DNA from: Octopus sinensis
Lineage: Eukaryota
Assembly (NCBI RefSeq): GCF_006345805.1
Contig: NW_021823823.1
Location: 1-20,939 of the forward strand
Reading direction: 5' to 3'
Length of the DNA: 20,939 nt
In this document: positions 1 through 8,139 of the stretch, one piece after another
Position numbering within the stretch: the stretch's first letter is position 1
Layout: every line of letters begins with the position of its first letter
Translations under genes and position numbers: made by a program
The notes under the pieces: model-generated
What the model saw: only the letters and a program-made list of their open reading frames with translations
Databases searched by the model: none
Told to the model about the DNA's origin: nothing

Positions 1-18
1 AAAGTCTTTCAACCAAGC
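1..18 (-). CDS. 5' edge of a candidate 68-nt host exon (copy 0), running off the window start
   Basis: Minus strand reads ttcttatattatataaaaAG|GC TTG GTT GAA AGA CTT T (GLVERL). It matches the starts of the exon copies at 3085-3152 and 5460-5527, and its acceptor AG is intact. Confidence 0.4.
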
Positions 19-48
19 CTTTTATATAATATAAGAATGTTTAATAAG

Positions 49-207
49 GCTGTGTGGTAAGTAGCTTACTTACCAACCACATGGTTCCGGGTTCAGTTCC
101 ACTGTGTGGCACCTTGGGCAAGTGTCTTCTGCAATAGCCTCGGGCCAACCAAAGCCTTGTGAGTGGATTTGGTAAAAGGAAACTGAAAGAAGCCCATCGT
201 ATATATG

Positions 208-243
<36 letters not shown>

Positions 244-491
244 GATATATAGATATAGGTGTGTGTATATGTTTGTATGTCTGTATGTTTTGGTTTGTCC
301 CGCCAACATCACTTGACAACTGATGTTAGTGTGTTTATGTCCCCGTAACTTAGCAGTTTGGCAAAAGAGACCGATAGAATAAGTACTAGGCTTCCAAAGA
401 ATAAGTCATGGGGTCGATTTGCTCGACTAAAGCCGGTACTCCAGCATGGCCACAGTCAAATGACTGAAACCAGTAAAAGAGTAAAAGAGTA
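49..491 (+). mobile_element. tRNA-derived SINE family 1 (CORE-like), near full length
   Basis: A-box/B-box-like head (GGCTGTGTGGT...GGTTCAGTTCC), MIR/CORE-like CCTTGGGCAAGT, central (TA/TG)n, tail GTAAAAGAGTAAAAGAGT. More than 10 copies occur in the window. Confidence 0.85.
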
Positions 492-710
492 ACCCTTTGG
501 AATTTAAGCCAGTCATATTTGGCCCTAAGTGTTCTATGTTCAAACTGGTTATATCCAGCCTCTCATACCTACCCCACAATGTTATTCTGAAAATAAATAA
601 TCACATTATGGAAATCACAAAGCCACGAGATAATGCAAGATTAATTCGAAGCAATATGAATAAATAAATGTTATATTTGATAGAGTAATCTGAGTACTAA
701 AGAGTTTTAA
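490..710. mobile_element. Degenerate MITE, possibly piggyBac-type (TTAA-CCC ends)
   Basis: Left end TAACCCTTTGG and right end CTAAAGAGTTTTAA are imperfect inverted termini. It resembles a common octopus MITE from memory. Confidence 0.45.
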
Positions 711-925
711 GGCAAGTGAGTTGGCAGAGCAGTTAACATGCCAGGAATGATTAGCAGCATTTTGCCAATCCTTACATTCTGAGTTCAAATGCTACTGAGG
801 TCAGCTTGCCTTTCATCCTTTCAGGTTTGATAAAATAAGTACTAGTTGATCTTTAGAGTCAATGTAACTGACTTTGCCCTCCTCCATAATTCCTGTTCTT
901 GGGCCAAAATTTGAAATCAATATTT
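709..925 (+). mobile_element. SINE family 3, degenerate copy
   Basis: Contains GCCTTTCATCCTTTCAGGTTTGATAAAATAAGTACTAG and is homologous to the reverse complement of 12622-12896. Confidence 0.7.
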
Positions 926-935
926 TAATGCTTTG

Positions 936-1040
936 CTCTTTACTCTTTTACTCTTTTACTTGTTTCAGTCATTTGACTGTGGCCATGCTGGAGCACCGCC
1001 TTTAATCAAGCAAATCGACCCCTTTAATCAAGCAAGTCGA
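936..1040 (-). mobile_element. SINE family 1, 3' tail fragment
   Basis: TACTCTTTTACTCTTTTACTTGTTTCAGTCATTTGACTG..., with a small internal duplication of CTTTAATCAAGCAA. Confidence 0.8.
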
Positions 1041-1362
1041 AGTGGTGCTGGCATCGGCCACATTCGGATGGTGCCTTTTATGTGCCACCGGCACAGATAT
1101 CACAACTACTATTTCCATTGATATTTATTTCGATGTTCATGTACTTGACTCAATAGGTCTCCTCATGCACAGTGTGTTGTTCTGAAATCCAAGGTACTTT
1201 GAATGGGCAGGGGCTATGTGGAACTGGTGCAGGAAGCAGCCCGGGTCTTTGCAGTCACAGCATATCTCCAGAGATCTCGGTCCTTCGTCATTACCTCTGT
1301 GAGGCCCAACGCTCTGATCCCATGTCTTCCTGGGTCTACCTCTCCCCCTGATACCTTCAACT
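1040..1362 (-). pseudogene. RTE-type LINE 3' fragment (end of RT ORF plus 3' UTR)
   Basis: Minus strand translates VEGIRGRGRPRKTWD and, after a frameshifting deletion, ALGLTEVMTKDRDLWRYAVTAKTR, which is typical of the RTE ORF C-terminus. It continues into GTGCCGGTGGCACATAAAAGGCACC, related to the UTR repeat at 1987. Confidence 0.7.
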
Positions 1363-1668
1363 GTTTGGGAGCAGACATTAAATGATGATGATGATGATGA
1401 TGATGATTCTACAAAAAAAAAGTATTTGTCTTTTCATTGTATTATTAGCCATGTAACTGTCAGAATTTTGAAGTGAAGACAACTTGAATGATATGTTAAA
1501 TAATTGATTGACTATCTCGTTTTCCACCACTTAGAATTTAACACGTACATGATACAGAAACAAGCTGTCCATTGATATGGAACTATTAAATGTATTAGAT
1601 ATTAAATGTTTATACCATGTAATATCTTTTTATAGAATAACTATGATATCAACTAAAATAACATTTAC

Positions 1669-1689
1669 TTATAACAATTTTTGCATCTG
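1669..1689 (-). CDS. Possible 21-nt microexon (phase 1 to 1)
   Basis: gtttcttttAG|CAGATGCAAAAATTGTTATAA|GTAAAT; open as xA-D-A-K-I-V-I. Could arise by chance in AT-rich DNA. Confidence 0.2.
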   Translation of the reverse strand, partial: QMQKLL

Positions 1690-1756
1690 CTAAAAGAAAC
1701 TTTTTTTATATTTGATCAGAAGGAAAGTCTAGATGCATTTTAGATATGCTCACATT

Positions 1757-2368
1757 CTTTTACTCTTTTACTCTTTTACTTGTATCAGTCATTTGACTGC
1801 GGCCATGCTGGAGCACTGCCTTTAATCGAGCAACTCGACCCCGGGACTTGTTCTTTTGTAAGCCCAGTACTTATTCTATCGGTCTCTTTTGCCGAACCGC
1901 TAAATAACGGGGACATAAACACACCAGCATCGGTTGTCAAGCAATGCTAGGGGTACAAACACAGACACACAAACACACACACATATGCAGGTGGCATGTA
2001 AAAAGCACCCACTACACTCGCGGAGTGGTTGGCGTTAGGAAGGGCATCCAGCTGTAGAAACACTGCCAGATAAGACTGGAGCCTGGGGCAGCCCCTGGCT
2101 CCCCAGATCCCGGTCGAACCGTCCAACCCGTGCTAGCGCAGAAAACGGACGTTAAACGATGATGATGATGATGATGATGATATATATATACATATAAACG
2201 AAGGGGTTCTTTCAGTTTCCGTCTACCAAATCCACTCACAGGCCTTGGTCGGCCCGAGGCATAGTAGAAGACACTGTGCCCCAATGTGCCAACTTGACAA
2301 GTGGGGGTCTGAACCCAGAACCATGTGGGTTGTAAACACAGCAAGCTACTTACACCAGCCACTTTGCA
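1757..2368 (-). mobile_element. SINE family 1, interrupted in its central microsatellite by an RTE 3' UTR fragment
   Basis: The 3' half lies at 1757-1985 and the 5' half at 2195-2368, with a foreign insert between them. Confidence 0.8.
1987..2180 (+). mobile_element. RTE LINE 3' UTR / ATG-tailed retroposon fragment
   Basis: GGCGTTAGGAAGGGCATCCAGC...GGACGTTAAAC(GAT)n tail. Inverse copy at 12179-12420; tail-only copies near 1370, 17095 and 17321. Confidence 0.7.
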
Positions 2369-2507
2369 CCATTGATGGCATTTTTTTAAAATATTTGCAG
2401 CAAAATAATCTTCAATTTTTATGTTCTAATGTCCTTTTTCTTTATTTCTTTCTAGGTTATTTTATACCACAGTGGTTAAATCCACATCAATTTTTACGCT
2501 TTTAAAA

Positions 2508-2965
2508 TGATTTTGGATCAGATACTGCATGTCGTACCAATTCAGAAATGGAAGTGGCAAGAAATGTTTGTGCTGTGTTTGGAAATGAAGCTTTAAGAAT
2601 CCAGATGTGCCAGACATCTGACCAATTTTCCTCAGGAAGTTTTTCTTTTGCTGATTCCCTTCAATCTGGACAACCAAGTTCTGTTGATATCAAGCTTCTA
2701 CAAACCATTGTTTTTAAAAAGTTTAGAATGATTTTGAGGAAAATTTTGAAAGTCTTTTTGAAGGATTTTTGATGAAATTTTTTCTTCTCAATTTAGTCTG
2801 ACACCTGACAAATTTTCCTTATCAAATTTTTCTTTTGATGATTCCCTTCAAACTGGACAACCAAGTTCTGTTGATATCAAGCTTCTCCAAACCATTGTTG
2901 AAGCAAATCCGAAGCAAACAGCATAAAGATTCACAAACCAGTTCAATTCAAGTCACACTTCACTA
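2508..2965 (+). pseudogene. Mariner transposase remnant, N-terminal HTH part (copy A)
   Basis: Frameshifted translation RYCMSYQFRNG / VARNVCAVFGNEAL...CQ...FSSGSFSFADSLQSGQPSSVDIKLLQTIVEANPKQT...NSSHT matches the mariner HTH pattern (ARNICAVYG..TCQ..F.SG.FSL.D.PRSGRP). Contains an internal 100-bp duplication. Confidence 0.8.
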
Positions 2966-3084
2966 CTAATGTCAAATTTGAGAATTTCTTGTGAATCACT
3001 TTAAATCTAAATGCAAATAAATATCTTCTTTATTAAAATTCCAATGTAAATCTCCTGTATTTAAATAAACTATCTAATCCTTAC

Positions 3085-3152
3085 CCACAGTGTTGGAATA
3101 TTAGCAAATGTATTCGTAAAGTGTGTTTTGATGGAAAGTCTTTCAACCAAGC
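3085..3152 (-). pseudogene. Pseudo-exon copy A of the 68-nt host exon
   Basis: Open frame GLVERLSIKTHFTNTFANIPTLW followed by the donor |GTAAGG, but the acceptor dinucleotide is TG rather than AG. Confidence 0.45.
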
Positions 3153-3180
3153 CATTTAATATAATAATAATGTTTAATAA

Positions 3181-3339
3181 GGCATAGGAGTGGCTGTGTG
3201 GTAAGTAGCTTACTTACCAGCCTTATGGTTCCAGGTTCAGTTCCACTGCATAGCACCTTGGGCAAGTGTCTTCTACAATAGCTTCGGACCAACCAAAGCC
3301 TTGTGAGTGGATTTGGTAGACGGAAACTGAAAGAAGCCC
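3181..3339 (+). mobile_element. SINE family 1, head only
   Basis: Ends at GAAAGAAGCCC just before the usual microsatellite. Shares diagnostic bases (GCTTACTTACC, TTCAGTTCC, CAATAGC) with the SINE at 49. Confidence 0.85.
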
Positions 3340-3668
3340 AATAAAGCACCTTCACGAAACAGGAAAAATTTTCTAAGCTTGGTCAGTTGACCCCTCATTA
3401 TCTGACTGTTTCTCAATTTTGTCAAAGAGTTATCCTCTGCTCACCACTGAGGAGTAGAGTTGTTACTGAATCTTTCCTGGGTAAAATTAGCATAAGTGGG
3501 GAAGGGTTCTTTATTATCTTATCCAATGAAAATGACAATGGTTAACACCCAATGAAAAAGGAGAATCCATCCCCAAACAAGGACTACAACTGAAGAGAGA
3601 TATGTTCTGCATTTGTTGGGGTATGAACAATATTGTCTCTCATGATGTGTTACACCAAAATGAAATCC
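3340..3668 (+). pseudogene. Mariner transposase remnant, linker and start of catalytic domain (copy A)
   Basis: IKHLHETGK..KLGQLTPHYLT (WVPHEL-like), ESFLGKISISGE (decayed TGDEKW) and WLTPNEKGESIPKQGLQLKRDMFCICWGMNNIVSHDVLHQNEI (mariner LHPKKVMLCIWW..GIV.HELL pattern). Confidence 0.85.
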
Positions 3669-3682
3669 AAGGATACATCCAA

Positions 3683-4111
3683 GGCGCAGGAGTGGCTGTG
3701 TGGTAAGTAGCTTGCTAACAAACCACATGGTTCCGGGTTCAGTCCCACTGCATGGCATCTTGGGCAAGTGTCTTCTGCTATAGCCCCGGGCCGACCAATG
3801 CCTTGTGAGTGGATTTGGTAGACGGAAACTGAAAGAAGCCTGTCGTATATATGTATATGTATATATATATATATAATATATTATGTGTGTGTGTGTGTGT
3901 GTTTGTGTGTCTGTGTTTGTTCCCCTAGCATTGCTCGACAACCGATGCTGGTGTGTTTATGTCCCTGTCACTTAGTGGTTTGGCAAAAGAGACCGATAGA
4001 ATATATACTGGGCTTACAAAGAATAAGTCTCGGGGTCGATTTGCTCGACTAAAGGCGGTGCTCTAGCATGGCCACAGTCAAATGACTGAAACAAGTAAAA
4101 GAGTAAAAGAG
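3683..4111 (+). mobile_element. SINE family 1, full length
   Basis: Head, (TA)(TG) centre and GTAAAAGA tail all present. Confidence 0.9.
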
Positions 4112-4264
4112 TATCTGTCCGATGAATGGGAACATGAAACTCTGAGTAACAGTTTTTGTGATGTCTGTGCAGCTTTATTAATTATGCATATTACTCTGCC
4201 TCCGGTATTTGAGTACTATTTTCTCCACCTTGTTTTCTATTTATGTGCTTACTCTGGTATGTGC

Positions 4265-4537
4265 ACAAATATACTCTTTTACTCTTTTACTTGTTTCAGT
4301 CATTTGACTGCGGCCATGCTGGAGCACCGCCTTTAATCAAGCAACTCGACCCCGGGACTTATTCTTTTGTAAGCCCAGTACTTATTCTATCGGTCTCTTT
4401 TGCCGAACCGCTAAGTAACGGGGACATAAACACACCAGCATCGGTTGTCAAGCAATGCTAGGGGGACAAACACAGACACAACAAACACACATACGCATAT
4501 ATATATATATATAATAATATATATTATATATATTATA

Positions 4538-4569
<32 letters not shown>

Positions 4570-4740
4570 CATATATATGACGGACTTCTTTCAGTTTCCA
4601 TCTACCAAATCCACTCACAAGACTTTTGTCAGCCCGAAGCTATAGTAGAAGATACTTGCCCAAGATGCCACGTAGTGGGACTGAACCCGGAACCATGTGG
4701 TTGGTAAACAAGCTACTTGCCACACAGCCACTCCTGCGCC
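4265..4740 (-). mobile_element. SINE family 1, full length
   Basis: Reverse complement of the family consensus with an expanded TA centre. Counterpart of 1757-2368. Confidence 0.9.
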
Positions 4741-4882
4741 ATGGACGGCATTTTTTTTCAAATATATGTAGCAAAATAATCTTCAATCTTTATGTTTCAA
4801 TGTCTTTTTTCTTTATTTCTTTCTTTCTAGGTTATTTTATACCACAGTGGTTAAATTCATATCAATTTTTATCCTTTTAAAA

Positions 4883-5340
4883 TGATTTTGGATCAGATAC
4901 TGCATGTCGTACCAATTCAGAAATGGAAGTGGCAAGAAATGTTTGTGCTGTGTTTGGAAATGAAGCTTTAAGTATCCAGACGTGCCAGACGTCTGACCAA
5001 TTTTCCTCAGGAAATTTTTCTTTTGCCGATTCCCTTCAATCTGGACAACCAAGTTCTGTTGATATCAAGCTTCTCCAAAACATTGTTTTTAAAAAATTTA
5101 GAATGATTTTGAGGAAAATTTTGAAAGGCTTTTCGAAGGATTTTTGATGAAATTTTTTCTTCTCAATTTAGTCTGACATCTGACAAATTTTCCTTATCAA
5201 ATTTTTCTTTAGCCGATTCCCTTCAATCTGGACAACCAAGTTCTGTTGATATCAAGCTTCTCCAAACCATTGTTGAAGAAAATTCGAAGCAAACAGCATA
5301 AAGATTCGCAAACCAGTTCAATTCAAGTCACACTTCACTA
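4883..5340 (+). pseudogene. Mariner transposase remnant, N-terminal part (copy B)
   Basis: Duplicate of 2508-2965 (VARNVCAVFGNEALSIQTCQ...FSSGNFSFADSLQSGQPSS). Confidence 0.8.
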
Positions 5341-5459
5341 CTAATGTCAAACTTGAGAATTTCTTGTGAATCACTTTAAATCTAAATGCAAATAAATATC
5401 CTCTTTATTAAAATTCCAATGTAAATCTCCTGTATTTAAATAAACTGTCCACTCCTTAC

Positions 5460-5527
5460 CCACAGTGTTGAAACATTAGCAAATGTATTCCTAAAGTGTG
5501 TTTTGATGGAAAGTCTTTCAACCAAAC
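5460..5527 (-). CDS. Candidate 68-nt exon copy B with intact splice sites, unknown protein
   Basis: ttataattaaaAG|GT TTG GTT...CTG TGG|GTAAGG; translates (G)LVERLSIKTHFRNTFANVSTLW; phase 1 to 0. Confidence 0.4.
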
Positions 5528-5553
5528 CTTTTAATTATAACAATGTTTAATAA

Positions 5554-5699
5554 GGCATAGGAGTGGCTGTGTGGTAAGTAGCTTACTTACCAACCACATG
5601 GTTCCGGGTTCAGTTCCACTGCGTGGCACCTTGGGCAAGTGTCTTCTACCAACCAAAGCCTTGTGAGTGGATTTGGTAGACGGAAACTGAAAGAAGCCC
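5554..5699 (+). mobile_element. SINE family 1, head only (copy B)
   Basis: Duplicate of 3181-3339 with a 13-bp deletion. Confidence 0.85.
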
Positions 5700-6030
5700 A
5701 ATAAAGCACCTTCACGAAACAGGAAAAATTTTCTAAGCTTGGTCAGTTGAGCCTCATTATCTGACTGTTGCTCAATTTAGTCAAAGAGCTATCCTTTGCT
5801 CATCACTGAAGAGTAGAGTTGTTACTGAATCTTTCCTGGGTAAAATTAGCATAAGCGAGGAAGAGTTCTTTATTATCTTATACAATGAAAATGACAATGG
5901 TTAACACCCAATGAAAAAGGAGAATCCACCCCCAAACAAGGACTACAACTGAAGAGAGATATGTTCTGCATTTGCTGGGGTATGAACAATATTGTCTGTC
6001 ATGATGTGTTACACCAAAATCAAATCCAAG
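5700..6030 (+). pseudogene. Mariner transposase remnant, middle part (copy B)
   Basis: Duplicate of 3340-3668. Confidence 0.85.
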
Positions 6031-6041
6031 GATACATCCAA

Positions 6042-6212
6042 GGCACAGGAGTGGCTGTGTGGTAAGTAGCTTGCTAACCAACCACATGGTTCCGGGTTCA
6101 GTCCCACTGCGTGGCACCTTGGGCAAGTGTCTTCTGCTATAGCCCCGGGCCGACCAATGCCTTGTGAGTGGATTTGGTAGACGGAAACTGAAAGAAGCCT
6201 GTCATATACATG

Positions 6213-6261
<49 letters not shown>

Positions 6262-6333
6262 TTGTGTGTCTGTGTTTGTCCCCCTAGCATTGCTTGACAA
6301 CCGATGCTGGTGTGTTTACGTCCCCGTCACTTA
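6042..6333 (+). mobile_element. SINE family 1, 3'-truncated
   Basis: Stops at GTCCCCGTCACTTA, which marks the end of the duplication. Confidence 0.85.
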
Positions 6334-6469
6334 TTTTCCCTCTTACAGTTTTGTTTCGTTTTGAATAACAAAAATTTATTTTATGATTTGTTACAGCTTA
6401 TATTTTGAATTAGATAATCTTTTATGGGGGGACCTAAGTCTATTAACTTCCACCATGACCTCAAGTCCT

Positions 6470-6622
6470 GGAGTAAGGCACTTTATTTCACTTTCCTCCA
6501 GTTCACTCAGCTGATATAAACTAGTTGTATCTGTATTTCAAAGCGTCAGCCTTGTCACATTCTGTGTCATGCTGAATTTCCATGAGAACTACATTAAGAG
6601 TACACATGTCTGTGGGGTGCTC
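6470..6622 (+). mobile_element. SINE family 2, tail-A fragment
   Basis: Reverse-complement similarity to 7199-7310 (GTATTTCAAAG...GAGAACTAC...TGTCTGTGG). Confidence 0.6.
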
Positions 6623-6754
6623 TAGATGCATTTTAGACATGCTCACATTCTTTTACTCTTTTACTCTTTTACTTGTATCAGTCATTTGAATATACACACC
6701 AATGTATATTGAATATACACACCAATGTATATTCAACTTCATGATCATGAGCTA

Positions 6755-7085
6755 AATACCCTAACCCCTCAGCCACGTGTTGTTGTTTATTCCTTCTCGA
6801 GCCATGCCTTGCTCATAAGGGCCAGTTTCCCGGTTTCTTGGCGTATAGGTTCCACGCCTGGACGGGACACCAGTCCGTCGCAGGTGTACTGCAAGATGCA
6901 GGAGGAAAGAGTGAGAGAAAGTTGTGTCGAAAGAGTCAGCAGAAGTTCGCCATTACCTTCTGCCAGAGCCGCATGGAGCTTAGGTATTTCACTCATAAAC
7001 ACACACATTGCCTGGTCTGAGATTCAAATCTGTGACCCCTCGACCGCAAGTCCGCTGCTCTAACCACTAGGCCATGTGCCTCCAC
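6755..7085 (-). mobile_element. tRNA-derived SINE family 2, tail B
   Basis: Minus strand begins GTGGAGGCACATGGCCTAGTGGTTAGAGCAGCGGAC (A box), followed by a degenerate B box. Confidence 0.8.
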
Positions 7086-7104
7086 CACGTGCCTTTATTA
7101 GATA

Positions 7105-7503
7105 CAGATATGGAATGGAATGGAAGCACTCCATCGGTTACGACGACGAGGGTTCCGGTTGATCTGAATCAACGGAACAGCCTGCTCATGAAATTAATGT
7201 GTAAGTGGCTGAGCACTCCACAGACACGTGTACCCTTAACGTAGTTCTCGGGGATATTCAGCGTGACACAGAGAGTGACAAGGCCGGCCCTTTGAAATAC
7301 AGGTACAACAGAAACAGGAAGTAAGAGTGAGAGAGAGTTGTGGTGAAAGAGTACAGCAGGGATCACCACCATCCCCTGCCGGAGCCTCGTGGAGCTTTAG
7401 GTGTTTTCGCTCAATAAACACTCACAACGCCCAGTCTGGGAATCGAAACCGCGATCCTATGACCGCAAGTCCGCTGCCCTAACCACTGGGCCATTGCGCC
7501 TCC
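7105..7503 (-). mobile_element. tRNA-derived SINE family 2, tail A, full length
   Basis: TGGAGGCGCAATGGCCCAGTGGTTAGGG...GGTTTCGATTCCC (A and B boxes), ending in a (TTCCA)n tail. Confidence 0.85.
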
Positions 7504-7525
7504 AGATACAGATATATAATATTAT

Positions 7526-8035
7526 GGGATGGCAATCAACAATCTCCTCTTAATAGATGGTCTCAAATTGTATGTTGTAAATGGCAAGCAACTGAAAAAC
7601 GTGTTACATACTGCACACAGTTTATATAAGAAAACTGGCTTGATATTTTGTCCTGATATATGCATCGAAATTGTCTTGAAGACTGGAAAATTAATAACAC
7701 TTACTAATATCATTGTTAGCTAAAGAAACAGAGATAAAAGAATTAGACTAAACACAGACATAGGAATACTTAAGAATTCATGAACACACACAAATGAAAG
7801 AAAAGGTTAGGAATGAATATTATAAATATTTTAAGATGCATTAGGTTAATACTTAAAGCAGAGCTAAATGTCAGAAATAAGGAAATAATTATCAATATTC
7901 TTGCTAAGTAATAGTTTTAATAATGTTGACTGGAGGCTAAGTAAATGAGCAAGATCAGAAAAACAAAACATATAATGACTTATTCTATGCAAGATTATAC
8001 TTACCATGGCATAAGAAGGTAGAGGCCTTCGGCAG
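7526..8035 (+). pseudogene. R4/Dong-clade non-LTR retrotransposon RT fragment
   Basis: AINNLLLIDGLKLY (INHLLFMDDLKLY pattern), then across stops and frameshifts HTQMKEKVRNEYY, ILKAELNVRNK, RKTKHIMT, RLYLP..GRGL. Confidence 0.75.
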
Positions 8036-8139
8036 GAAATAAGTTATTAAAAATATCAGGTGTGACCGTGTAGAGTTTAGCTTCAAAGTGTGTAGTTTCA
8101 GTATGTGCTTTCTCCACTGTATATTTTTGAGGAAAAATT

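Larger units (their letters stand above)
4265..6333 (+). repeat. Diverged tandem duplicate (copy B) of ~1757-3970 (copy A), offset 2375 bp in the mariner region
   Basis: Collinear matches 2613/4988, 2800/5175 and 3152/5527, with scattered substitutions (roughly 5-8% by eye). Confidence 0.9.

Noticed and set aside
2430-2480. Strong plus-strand acceptor ctttttctttatttctttctAG (duplicated near 4830)
   Set aside because: It lies in the mariner 5' region with no good donor or open exon downstream.
4112-4264. Unique spacer with an open frame YLSDEWEHETL..., tested as a mariner continuation
   Set aside because: No convincing HDNA or YSPDLAP motif and no splice sites support it.
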